Positions 34,428 through 41,837 of a stretch of DNA of 41,872 bases are shown one piece after another. The stretch's first letter is position 1. Each line of letters opens with the position of its first letter. Location: the IMG/VR virus record IMGVR_UViG_3300048599_000085, positions 1-41,872 of that record; one strand, given 5' to 3'. The notes beneath the pieces are model-generated. The model was given only the letters and a program-made list of their open reading frames with translations, made no database searches and was not told the origin of the DNA. The position numbers were made by a program, and so were the translations under genes. Source of the DNA: a virus.

Positions 34428-34537
34428 CGATCACATCCTGTTTTGCTAAAACTCAATGTAAGAATGAGGCCTGTCATGTTCAATCGTTGCGTACGATGAC
34501 CTTCCCCCACCGCCGCATCATCGGAGCCGTCATGGCC

Positions 34538-34702
34538 CTAGTCGCGGTCGCCGGATTTGAGCGCGGGGTGCTTCTGCTGTCGCTCGTTCAGCGCTGCTGA
34601 ACTGCAGGATATGGAGCAGTAGACGCCTCGACCGCGTTTTATGTCGTTCTTGCTCACAAAGAAGCCAGATCCGCAGCGTGAGCAAACTCGCTTCTCTCTC
34701 AT
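34538..34702 (-). CDS. 54-aa zinc-ribbon protein
   Basis: Below the track cutoff. Hand translation MREKRVCSRCGSGFFVSKNDIKRGRGVYCSISCSSAALNERQQKHPALKSGDRD (CxxC...CxxxC). Preferred over track ORF 34530..34712 in another frame. Confidence 0.5.
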   Translation of the reverse strand: MREKRVCSRCGSGFFVSKNDIKRGRGVYCSISCSSAALNERQQKHPALKSGDRD

Positions 34703-34806
34703 AGCAAATCACCCTTTAAATACGGGAGAAACATAGCATGGAATGCAGGGTAATTCACGTCCGATCGCTGGCGGGCTTCGTGGTGGTCGATCCGCGGGGG
34801 TAGCCC

Positions 34807-35016
34807 TCACTCGTCGTTCAGCAGCTTTCCGATCCGCTCCAAATCATCGGCAGTGGGTTGGTCCTTTCCGATTAGCGCCGCGAGTTCGTCGACTGGATCT
34901 AAAGGATTCAGTATTCCGGTTTGCGCAACGACTCGTGTGAAGTCATCGACGGCCTTGTCGTCGGCGTGGCGGGATTTGGTGCGGCGAGGGCGGAATTGGG
35001 TTGGGTCATTGACCAT
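34807..35016 (-). CDS. hypothetical protein (69 aa)
   Basis: ORF within the minus-strand cluster; acidic C-terminus. Confidence 0.45.
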   Translation of the reverse strand: MVNDPTQFRPRRTKSRHADDKAVDDFTRVVAQTGILNPLDPVDELAALIGKDQPTADDLERIGKLLNDE

Positions 35017-35034
35017 CGCGCTTCCTCCGCTTCT

Positions 35035-35346
35035 TCACCAGCCTAAACGTGAAAAGATGCCTCCTGCTATACTTTCGAGGGGCGTCGCCGCCTGCATGCC
35101 CCTCAACTCGACATGATGGGAAACGCCACGCATTTTGTTGGCGTCTTCGATAGCACCAAGTCCATCGCACTTGATGCACTTGCGAATAAACAGATCGCCT
35201 TCATAACGGCCATTGCTGGCGTTGAACTGTGGCGGCAATGTCGAGGCTTTGTAACGCTCCTGTCCGCAGCCGTTGCAAGTCGTGCAGATGATTCCGGGAA
35301 GCCCATTAGCAAGCCTGGTGGTCATTTCCTTCGTTCCTTTCTTCAC
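35035..35346 (-). CDS. DnaJ-type zinc-finger (CxxCxGxG x2) protein
   Basis: CTTCNGCG and CIKCDGLG motifs. Confidence 0.55.
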   Translation of the reverse strand: MKKGTKEMTTRLANGLPGIICTTCNGCGQERYKASTLPPQFNASNGRYEGDLFIRKCIKCDGLGAIEDANKMRGVSHHVELRGMQAATPLESIAGGIFSRLGW

Positions 35347-35376
35347 CGGACGATCCCGAGGAGTTTTGAGAGGGGA

Positions 35377-35595
35377 TCATTGGTAGTGCTCATCATCGCC
35401 ATTCACTGGCGATACTGGCTGATCCTGATCGCCCTTGGCAAACACTATCACATCGCCTTCGGCTATCTCACGCTGCGCTCTGCGGTCCCATAGGCGGTGC
35501 AAAAAATCAGGCGGCCCAAACACACGGACGGCGTTCTGAAACTGCCGCCCGTGGTTGTCAGGAAACCGGACGAAGTGCAGGGCCACTCTCTCCAT
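35377..35595 (-). CDS. hypothetical conserved phage protein
   Basis: Track ORF 35377..35631. Preferred ATG at 35595 (MERVALHFVRFPDNHGRQFQNAVRVFGPPDFLHRLWDRRAQREIAEGDVIVFA..), 1 nt after the upstream stop. Confidence 0.5.
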   Translation of the reverse strand: MERVALHFVRFPDNHGRQFQNAVRVFGPPDFLHRLWDRRAQREIAEGDVIVFAKGDQDQPVSPVNGDDEHYQ

Positions 35596-35596
35596 C

Positions 35597-35836
35597 CTAG
35601 CCCGGATCGGTGGGGGTGTCAGGATGATCATTCTTGCATTTCGGGCACGGCAAGCCGCGCTTTGCCTCTGTCACGGTGTCGAATTGAAGCCAGTCCGAGA
35701 CGTACCCGCAGCGGCGGCACCGCATCTGCACAACACAGCGCGGCCCCTCGCCGGGGCCAGCATCGCAGACGTGCATCAGTTGTCCGCGCATCCTACGCGG
35801 CGGCTTCGCCAGCAATTCACCCTGACGTGCTGCCAT
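35597..35836 (-). CDS. zinc-ribbon protein (79 aa)
   Basis: CRRCGY...CPKC pairs. Confidence 0.5.
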   Translation of the reverse strand: MAARQGELLAKPPRRMRGQLMHVCDAGPGEGPRCVVQMRCRRCGYVSDWLQFDTVTEAKRGLPCPKCKNDHPDTPTDPG

Positions 35837-35839
35837 GGC

Positions 35840-36046
35840 TCACTCCCCCTCCTTGGAGGGCGGGGAGGGGAGAGGCATCCAGTGGGTTGCTTGCCCATGC
35901 CGCGACATGTTGCTGACGCCATCGCGCCGCCAGCCCCATGACGCCATGCCCGCCTCCATCTGCCAGCGATTCATCATTTTATCCCAATAGGCGAGCAGCA
36001 CGTTGACCTCGTGCGGAGCCGTCCCGATATCCTGCCAGGTGGTCAT
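35840..36046 (-). CDS. DUF551-like protein
   Basis: WQDIGTAPHEVNVLLAYW...ATHWMPLPSPP, paralogous to 38260..38565. Confidence 0.65.
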   Translation of the reverse strand: MTTWQDIGTAPHEVNVLLAYWDKMMNRWQMEAGMASWGWRRDGVSNMSRHGQATHWMPLPSPPSKEGE

Positions 36047-36432
36047 GGGGCGCGTCCTTCGGCTTTGGCGATGGCGGCTTTGGCCGATTTCAGCGACGGA
36101 TCGCCTGCCTCCATCACGTCAACGGGATCGCACTGGCCGCCGAGGAAAATGATCCGGTCGCGGCCAGATTCCAAAAGCCCGACATATGCGAGGCTCAGCC
36201 GCTTCAACTCTGCCAACAGATCGGGCGCAGCCGCGATGAGCCGGGCATTGGCCCCGCACTCCGCATTGAACGCCGCGTAGTCGGCCTCCGACACGTCGGG
36301 ATATGCCTTCTTGGGCATCCACGACACGTTACAGATGCTGCGGCCAATCGGTCCAGCGACCGGCCAGCCGACAACGCTAGATGGACTGGCGGCGGCCATC
36401 CACGGTCCTGCCGTATGCTTCCCGCCGCTCAT
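36043..36432 (-). CDS. hypothetical phage protein (HTxGPW ... NARLIAAAPDLL family)
   Basis: Track ORF 36043..36444. Preferred ATG at 36432 (MSGGKHTAGPW) after a GGGGG run. First gene of the attP-proximal minus-strand cluster. Confidence 0.6.
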   Translation of the reverse strand: MSGGKHTAGPWMAAASPSSVVGWPVAGPIGRSICNVSWMPKKAYPDVSEADYAAFNAECGANARLIAAAPDLLAELKRLSLAYVGLLESGRDRIIFLGGQCDPVDVMEAGDPSLKSAKAAIAKAEGRAP

Positions 36433-36477
36433 GTCCGCCCCCATGAACGTGAACGGGGGAGGCGGAACAGAGCGTGA

Positions 36478-36499
36478 TCAAAGTCCACGGATAGTCCAC
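36478..36499. repeat. candidate integrase arm-type site (P arm): TCAAAGTCCACgGATAGTCCAC
   Basis: 22-bp direct repeat (21/22 identical) of 36685..36706. Each copy holds two AGTCCAC heptamers 11 bp apart. Confidence 0.5.
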
Positions 36500-36567
36500 G
36501 GGTCGGCGCGCGCGTTTCGCGATTCGTTCCGTCGCGAGTTGCCGAATAGCGATTTTGGGATGATGCA

Positions 36568-36592
36568 AAAAGCCCTTGTTTATTGGGCTTTT
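36568..36592. terminator. hairpin AAAAGCCC-(9 nt)-GGGCTTTT just beyond the attP core; candidate bidirectional terminator for int readthrough
   Basis: 8-bp stem. On the minus strand it is followed by a T-run (5 T, 4 of them in the stem). The stem is AT-rich and so probably weak. Confidence 0.4.
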
Positions 36593-36594
36593 GA

Positions 36595-36642
36595 TGGTGG
36601 GCGCACAAGGGATCGAACCTTGGACCTCTCCCGTGTGAAGGG
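36595..36642 (-). other. attP core: 3'-terminal 48 nt of a tRNA-Val(CAC) gene (anticodon loop, variable loop, T-arm, acceptor 3' strand, CCA)
   Basis: Minus strand reads CCC-TTCACAC-GGGAG-AGGTC-CAAGG-TTCGATC-CCTTG-TGCGCCC-A-CCA. No matching 5' acceptor strand (GGGCGCA) or D-arm lies upstream, so it is a fragment. Immediately downstream of int. Confidence 0.8.
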
Positions 36643-36684
36643 CTGGCCTTGTCTAGCATTATCAACCTCTTAGATTTTTTGTTC

Positions 36685-36706
36685 TCAAAGTCCACTGATA
36701 GTCCAC
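36685..36706. repeat. candidate integrase arm-type site (P' arm): TCAAAGTCCACtGATAGTCCAC
   Basis: Second copy of the 22-bp repeat, abutting the int stop codon. Confidence 0.5.
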
Positions 36707-37731
36707 TACTTCCTGCGTCGTTTTTCGACCGGCAATCGGTCTGCAAGCCGCGCCGTCTCTGTCGGCTCGGTGTGAGCGTATCGCCTTGCTGATGCCGGGT
36801 CTTTCCAGCGCCCGGTGTCCACCAGATCGTAAGTGTCGAGCTTCCCATAGCGACGCATCCACGTCGCCCATGTGTGAGACAGCATGTGAAATCCGCCCTG
36901 CCGGAACGGCAGATCGATGCCCGCCGCTTTCTTGGCCTGCTTGAGCATGTCGCGTGTCCGGCCGTTAATGCCGAAACGGAACAGCTTTTGATCGGCCGGC
37001 CGGCCTAGCCCACGCGGATGATTTGCCAGCGCCGCAATCAATGCTGCCGGCAGGAACACCGACCGTGCATCGCCGTTCTTCGTCTCTGGCAGGTAGATTG
37101 CTTGCCGCTCAAGATTGACGTGACGGATGCGAACATTCAGGGCCTCGCCAAGGCGCATCCCGGTGTAGCAGAGATACCGTAGGAACAGCCCGAACTCGGT
37201 GTCTACCTTGTCGGCAGACTTGAACAGCGCAAACGCCTGCTCAGGTTCCAGCCATGTGGTGTGCCGCTTGCCGCGCCAGCCCTTGGGGCGCTTCAATTTG
37301 TTGTCGATGCCGACATGTTTCAGCACCGACGAAACCGGCGTGTAGAAGTTCCGGTTCCGATACGCCGCCGATCCTTTGGGGAAAGCCGCTACGGCCCCGG
37401 CGTCAATTCTCGCCTGATCCAGATCGGATATCGCTTCGCGGCCTAGCTGCTCAATAGCCTTGATCAGGAAGCGGCGCTCACCTCCCGCATTCATGTAGGA
37501 TATGGCAGCGCCGGCAAATGTCATCGGTTCTGGCTTTCTCTCGACTAGCTGCGGGCCTGTTCGATACTCACCACGTTTGATCTGCTCTTCCCATTCGCGC
37601 ATGACCTTGGCGGCCTGCCGCCGCTCGCCAGCCTTAGTGCTTCGGTTAACGTAGATTCCGAGGAAGGTGCCCCGGACGGAGAAGTATGGCGTCCTGCGGG
37701 CCTTTGACGGCGGGATGAGCTTAAGCGGCAT
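36706..37731 (-). CDS. int: tyrosine recombinase / phage integrase
   Basis: 341 aa. Box I YTGMRLGEAL, beta-hairpin ETKNGDARSVFL, box II FHMLSHTWATW...GRWKDPASARRYAH (Tyr). Ser sits where HxxR normally has Arg. Adjacent to the tRNA fragment. Confidence 0.9.
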   Translation of the reverse strand: MPLKLIPPSKARRTPYFSVRGTFLGIYVNRSTKAGERRQAAKVMREWEEQIKRGEYRTGPQLVERKPEPMTFAGAAISYMNAGGERRFLIKAIEQLGREAISDLDQARIDAGAVAAFPKGSAAYRNRNFYTPVSSVLKHVGIDNKLKRPKGWRGKRHTTWLEPEQAFALFKSADKVDTEFGLFLRYLCYTGMRLGEALNVRIRHVNLERQAIYLPETKNGDARSVFLPAALIAALANHPRGLGRPADQKLFRFGINGRTRDMLKQAKKAAGIDLPFRQGGFHMLSHTWATWMRRYGKLDTYDLVDTGRWKDPASARRYAHTEPTETARLADRLPVEKRRRK

Positions 37732-37925
37732 CGTTCCTGCTCACGCACGGTTTCGAGAATGCGCGAAATATCGGCTTCGGTGAAAAGCTTCGCGCGGCCT
37801 AGCGGGCTGTAGAATGGCACACCATAGCCATCGGTCGGGTGCGCCCGCAACCATTCCTGGAGCCATCGGCGCGACCTGTGGAGAGCCTTTGCCGCCTCAT
37901 CCATAGTGAGGGCCGTCCTACTCAT
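37545..37925 (-). CDS. xis: excisionase/AlpA-like HTH protein; the ORF runs about 187 nt into int in another frame
   Basis: LTMDEAAKALHRSRRWLQEWLRAHP...GRAKLFTEADISRILE fits the HTH_17/excisionase pattern. Start is ATG at 37925 or GTG at 37934. The C-terminal ~60 aa are low-complexity and overlap the int N-terminus. Confidence 0.6.
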   Translation of the reverse strand: MSRTALTMDEAAKALHRSRRWLQEWLRAHPTDGYGVPFYSPLGRAKLFTEADISRILETVREQERCRLSSSRRQRPAGRHTSPSGAPSSESTLTEALRLASGGRPPRSCANGKSRSNVVSIEQARS

Positions 37926-38259
37926 CGGCAGCACCGGGGGAGGGGCGGCGCTTACGGGCTGGCGGCTTTACTCGCCATCCATGACGCAGCAAGGCGTCGG
38001 CCATCTGTTCGAGAGCCCATATATCAAGATCAGTCGCTTCGCTAAGCGGTTTCCCGGTATTCCGACCTACTACAACGATCTGTGTGTGATCGGCGTGCGC
38101 CTGCGAAATACACGATCCTGCGCCGAAAGAAGCCGAGAGCCCTTCGCGTCGGTGGCCGACGTTTCGCATTGCCTCAGCGATCCGAGCACCATAGCGGCCA
38201 TCTCGTTCAAGCTCATGGGTGAAGTCGTTCAAAAGAACAGCAACGGTATTGAAACCCAT
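37918..38259 (-). CDS. hypothetical early protein
   Basis: 113-aa ORF MGFNTVAVLLNDFTHELERDGRYG.. Confidence 0.5.
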   Translation of the reverse strand: MGFNTVAVLLNDFTHELERDGRYGARIAEAMRNVGHRREGLSASFGAGSCISQAHADHTQIVVVGRNTGKPLSEATDLDIWALEQMADALLRHGWRVKPPARKRRPSPGAADE

Positions 38260-38565
38260 CTACCCCTCCTGTGCCGGGGGAGAGGGGAGGGGCATGAAGT
38301 GGGTGGCGCTGCCATGCCGAGAAACGTTGCTATAGCCGTTTTCGAAACGCTGCCCGTGAATGGCCGACGCGACTTCTGTGCACCACGCATGATCGCGCCA
38401 ATCGTGCCAGCCGAGCAAATACGTTTGGTTCGGTTCAGCCTCATCAATCGGTCGCCACATCGCCCCGAGCGCGGCGGTGAGGGCGGCGCGCATGGCTTGC
38501 TCACTCACTCCATGTTCATCGTATGCTGCACAAGCCTTCTGAACCATCTCGTCAGTTACTTGCAC
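38260..38565 (-). CDS. DUF551-like protein
   Basis: ..WRPIDEAEPNQTYLLGWHDW...GSATHFMPLPSPP. Confidence 0.65.
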   Translation of the reverse strand: MQVTDEMVQKACAAYDEHGVSEQAMRAALTAALGAMWRPIDEAEPNQTYLLGWHDWRDHAWCTEVASAIHGQRFENGYSNVSRHGSATHFMPLPSPPAQEG

Positions 38566-38888
38566 GGCGCACCCCCGTTCTGCGCTGCGGTGAGCAACGT
38601 GCTAAGTTCGTGGATCTCGGGTGCATCCTCATTGCGTCGTGCAATAGACGTAACCCTGCGCGCCAGATTAAGCGGCACCATCACCCAACCTTCTTTTCCG
38701 GCCTGTGCGAGGTAGGACGTGATCGCGGCGGTGGCGTGCTCCGTCCAATATTGCCAACGGTACTGAGGTTCACGATCGTTACCAGAGCACTGCATTTCGC
38801 GCGCGTATGTCAGTTTGCTGGGTTCATCGCCAGTCGAAATGCTGATCGCCTTCGCCGCTTCTTCCAGCGCAGTGGGGGAGAGAGTCAT
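38556..38888 (-). CDS. hypothetical early protein
   Basis: Track ORF 38556..38951. Preferred ATG at 38888 (MTLSPTALEEAAKAI..), just downstream of the methyltransferase stop. Confidence 0.5.
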   Translation of the reverse strand: MTLSPTALEEAAKAISISTGDEPSKLTYAREMQCSGNDREPQYRWQYWTEHATAAITSYLAQAGKEGWVMVPLNLARRVTSIARRNEDAPEIHELSTLLTAAQNGGAPCK

Positions 38889-38893
38889 TGCGG

Positions 38894-39424
38894 CTACTCC
38901 GCAGCCAGTTGGAATGGTGGAAGGGCGAATTTCCCCTGCCAAGTCCGCCATGCTTTGGTGACGGCTCCGGTTCCCGGGAAAAGATCGTGCAGTTCATCTT
39001 CGGGGCGCGCTCCGAGCAGCTCAAACGCCCAATGGCAGACGGCTTCCGGCTTTGCGCCAGTCAGGCCGCGCTTTAGCGTGATGTTTTCCTGAATCCAGTC
39101 GCGATTTACCTGACGTTTGCTCACAACAGGCTTGCGCGCCGGTTTGATAATGACCGGCTCCCACGCATAAGCGACGGGGACGTTCCGCTTGAATGCGGCG
39201 AAGCCCTTCACCCATGAACACCAGCGTGCACCCGTCTTTTCAATGAGTGGCGCGAGGACTGCGATACTGGCCGCCGTCGCGGAAGCGTGGAGCACCCAGC
39301 CGTCAAATTCTGATTCGAGGCGCTCGATCAGCGCAGCATGATCGACCTCGCCCGCATAATCGGGATGATCTTTGTAGAGGTGCGCGCAGCCGATGTACGG
39401 CGGGTCGGCGTATGCGAGCTTCAC
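38894..39424 (-). CDS. short DNA N6-adenine (or N4-C) methyltransferase, DPPY motif at the N-terminus
   Basis: MKLAYADPPYIG.. (motif IV) and DLFPGTGAV (FxGxG, motif I) near the C-terminus. 176 aa, with no recognisable cognate nuclease nearby. Confidence 0.7.
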   Translation of the reverse strand: MKLAYADPPYIGCAHLYKDHPDYAGEVDHAALIERLESEFDGWVLHASATAASIAVLAPLIEKTGARWCSWVKGFAAFKRNVPVAYAWEPVIIKPARKPVVSKRQVNRDWIQENITLKRGLTGAKPEAVCHWAFELLGARPEDELHDLFPGTGAVTKAWRTWQGKFALPPFQLAAE

Positions 39425-39912
39425 TTCACTTCCTCCATCAGTTGGCGGGCGGCGCGGAACGAGTCCGTTTGGATGAAGGCCAAGCGTGTCCCTGATGGCT
39501 TGGCGATGACGAGGTCACGCCATTCTCGTGTCTGAGACTGGAATGCCTCACTCCCTGCGACTTCCGCAAACGGCCCCACGACTTCCCGGACACGGGCGCG
39601 GAGGGTGGAGAGTTCGGATTCGGCGGCGATGGCGCGGTCAATCATGCCGTCGCCCCAGCACGGCTTATCAGATGTGTCGCTGTATCCAGCAAGTAGGCCG
39701 GCGTCGTCTGCGGCAAGTTCTCGCGTCGCCGGGTCGAGCCGTTCGTCTACACATGGCATCCAGAAAAAGAGAGCGCGTTGCAGCCTCTCGATCTCGGCTC
39801 GGGCTTCTGTGAGGGCGGTGGCAGCTTCGCGCATGGCTCGTGCTGCGCTAACGTGCCCATCGTTTTCGACATTGACGGCCTGTCGTTCTAGCCGCTCAAC
39901 AATCTCGGTCAT
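39421..39912 (-). CDS. hypothetical early protein
   Basis: Track ORF 39421..39966. Preferred ATG at 39912 (MTEIVERLERQ..). Confidence 0.5.
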   Translation of the reverse strand: MTEIVERLERQAVNVENDGHVSAARAMREAATALTEARAEIERLQRALFFWMPCVDERLDPATRELAADDAGLLAGYSDTSDKPCWGDGMIDRAIAAESELSTLRARVREVVGPFAEVAGSEAFQSQTREWRDLVIAKPSGTRLAFIQTDSFRAARQLMEEVK

Positions 39913-40060
39913 AGTCCTGCCATTCCTGTTGCTCGGATGGTTGGCCGTCGTCGTCACTGCCTTCATCGGGATCGACCAGTGGCCCGTAGCAGCGCAGACA
40001 AATCATATCCTCGACGGCGATCTGATCGTGTTCCCATCGGTCGCACTTAGCGCAATACAT
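39896..40060 (-). CDS. 54-aa zinc-ribbon protein with acidic tail
   Basis: Below the track cutoff. Hand translation MYCAKCDRWEHDQIAVEDMICLRCYGPLVDPDEGSDDDGQPSEQQEWQDYDRDC. Confidence 0.45.
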   Translation of the reverse strand: MYCAKCDRWEHDQIAVEDMICLRCYGPLVDPDEGSDDDGQPSEQQEWQDYDRDC

Positions 40061-40063
40061 CCC

Positions 40064-40252
40064 CTATTCCCCTTCCTGCTCAAGCGCGGCGCGACCGGCG
40101 GGGGTGATGCGCCAGCGCGCGCACGATCGATCATAAATTAAGTATCCGAGCCGCTTCAACTTGGTCCTTGCGCGATCCGAAGGACGGTCGCTTGATCTGA
40201 TGTCCTCGCCTTTTTCGGCGCGCAGGAGTTGCGACAATTCAATCTCCGTCAT
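40064..40252 (-). CDS. small hypothetical (possibly winged-helix) protein
   Basis: Track ORF 40064..40294. Preferred ATG at 40252 (MTEIELSQLL..KLKRLGYLIYDRSCARWRITPAGRAALEQE). Confidence 0.45.
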   Translation of the reverse strand: MTEIELSQLLRAEKGEDIRSSDRPSDRARTKLKRLGYLIYDRSCARWRITPAGRAALEQEGE

Positions 40253-40574
40253 CTTCACTCGCGCCTCCTCGGATAGCAGCGGCGATGTCATCACATGCTT
40301 CCTCGTAAGCAGATTCCGCCTCTAACGTTCGCATCACAATCTGATTTGAATGTTGTCGATTGTCCTGCGCGATGCAGGCACACCGCTCAGTCTCTGCGGC
40401 AAGCTGGCGTCCCAGCTCAGCCATCTGCTTCGCCATTTGACGATGATTTTTGTCCGCCACGTCTAGTTCATTTTGTAGCCGTTCAATTCTCGCGGAGGCT
40501 TCAAGATAGTCGGGCCCGAGCATCGCTTCATGATGCTTGCGCAGCCTGCTCACCAGATCGTCGCGCGTCGTCAT
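40239..40574 (-). CDS. hypothetical coiled-coil early protein
   Basis: Track ORF 40239..40655. Preferred ATG at 40574 (MTTRDDLVSRLRKHHEAM..). Confidence 0.5.
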   Translation of the reverse strand: MTTRDDLVSRLRKHHEAMLGPDYLEASARIERLQNELDVADKNHRQMAKQMAELGRQLAAETERCACIAQDNRQHSNQIVMRTLEAESAYEEACDDIAAAIRGGASEDDGD

Positions 40575-40783
40575 GGGCGGGGCTCCTGAACGATGCCTGC
40601 GGTCCACTCTGCAATGCCGTATGAGGCAGTAAGCGGCCCGAGCTTTTCGGTGCATGAAAGGCAGCGCGTCTGCTCATGGTCCGGTGTTGGTGGATAGCCG
40701 GAAAAACGCATGGCGTAGCTGCTGCCAACACAACATGGATGGAAACGGCCGCAAGCATCACATTTTGGCAAATGATCCACCAT
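40571..40783 (-). CDS. small Cys-rich protein (70 aa)
   Basis: Track ORF 40571..40966. Preferred ATG at 40783 (MVDHLPKCDACGRFHPCC...CLSC) after GGAGG. TGATG overlap with the upstream micro-ORF. Confidence 0.5.
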   Translation of the reverse strand: MVDHLPKCDACGRFHPCCVGSSYAMRFSGYPPTPDHEQTRCLSCTEKLGPLTASYGIAEWTAGIVQEPRP

Positions 40784-40956
40784 CACTTCCTCCCCTCGAT
40801 CAGAGCGATGGGCCAGAAAATAGACATGAGAGCGATGGAAATCGCATATTCTCCAATGTCGCGGCAGCACTCTGAAGACCGCTGATAGCGCTGTTCTTCT
40901 ACAAAGAAGCCGTAAAAGGCTCCGGTGAGGATGTAGAAAGAAATGATGAAAGCCAT
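40783..40956 (-). CDS. 57-aa two-TM membrane peptide
   Basis: Below the track cutoff. Hand translation MAFIISFYILTGAFYGFFVEEQRYQRSSECCRDIGEYAISIALMSIFWPIALIEGRK. TAATG overlap with the homing-endonuclease stop. Confidence 0.45.
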   Translation of the reverse strand: MAFIISFYILTGAFYGFFVEEQRYQRSSECCRDIGEYAISIALMSIFWPIALIEGRK

Positions 40957-41837
40957 TATTTTGCATCCTCGATCAGAGCGAGGATGGCGTCGGCAATGCG
41001 ATCAGCGAGACCGCGACCGAAAACTTCGGTCGTCTCGTCCCATCCGTAAGGCAGCAGGCCGTTCCAAAGCGAGTGATGCGCATGACCGCGCGCGATATTG
41101 GCGGCCTGAATGATAGCCTCCCGGTTCAGCGAGACGGGGCGGGACTCCGTATAAGATGCATCCGGCCCACGCCATTCCGTGCGCTCCCATGTCTTCCCGG
41201 CATGGGTTCTGACGCGCCCGGCCAGCACTTCGCTAATACAAGTGGCGTTATAACCAAGCCTACCAGCAGCCTCGATGGAGGAGTAATATTCTTCCTCTCC
41301 AGTTTCGACATCCCTTGCCAGTATTGGCTTGATGTCGTTTCCCAAGACGTATCGTGAGTGATTTGTATTTTCGGCGCGATTGCACCATTGCAGGTTGGCA
41401 ACGCGGTTGTCGGCCTTGTCGCCGTTGATGTGATTTACTTCGTTTTTCCCCGGAGGCTTTGCTATGAAGGCTTCCGCCACAATGCGGTGAACGGACGTTT
41501 GTTTACGAATGGGTCCATTCCACAGATCAGCCTTTACATAACCCGCCCCCATCAGGTTTTTGGCCTGAATATTCCCGGTCTTTTTGTTGCGGATGTCACC
41601 TTCAGAGGAAACTTCATACTTTTCCTCAAACCCGACGACGGGTCGCCACGCAACCGCCTCCGGTTCTTGTGTGTGGTCTGACGGGGTGTAAGCCTGCGTC
41701 ACCGAAGGCTTACACTCTCCCGAAGGTAGAGCGCTGAGACACGCCCCGTCAGATTTCGTCGTCGCGTCGGGCGCGGTGAGGGCTGATCGGCCTGCTTCCA
41801 GTGCTTTTCGGTAATCATCAAGCATCTGGTCGAACAT
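40956..41837 (-). CDS. NUMOD4 + HNH_3 (+ NUMOD1-like) homing endonuclease. The reading frame is open upstream to the window end and, if circular, continuous with 1..718.
   Basis: WRPVVGFEEKYEVSSEGDIRNKKTG (NUMOD4); SVHRIVAEAFIAKPPGKNEVNHINGDKADNRVANLQWCNRAENTNHS (HNH_3); YYSSIEAAGRLGYNATCISEVLAGR (NUMOD1-like). The N-terminal 31 aa are encoded by the 203-bp repeat. Confidence 0.85.
   Translation of the reverse strand: MFDQMLDDYRKALEAGRSALTAPDATTKSDGACLSALPSGECKPSVTQAYTPSDHTQEPEAVAWRPVVGFEEKYEVSSEGDIRNKKTGNIQAKNLMGAGYVKADLWNGPIRKQTSVHRIVAEAFIAKPPGKNEVNHINGDKADNRVANLQWCNRAENTNHSRYVLGNDIKPILARDVETGEEEYYSSIEAAGRLGYNATCISEVLAGRVRTHAGKTWERTEWRGPDASYTESRPVSLNREAIIQAANIARGHAHHSLWNGLLPYGWDETTEVFGRGLADRIADAILALIEDAK

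Noticed and set aside
36595-36642. Possible complete tRNA gene
   Set aside because: Only the anticodon loop through CCA is present. The sequence where the 5' acceptor strand and D-arm should be does not pair with the 3' acceptor strand, so I interpret it as the attP core rather than a functional tRNA.
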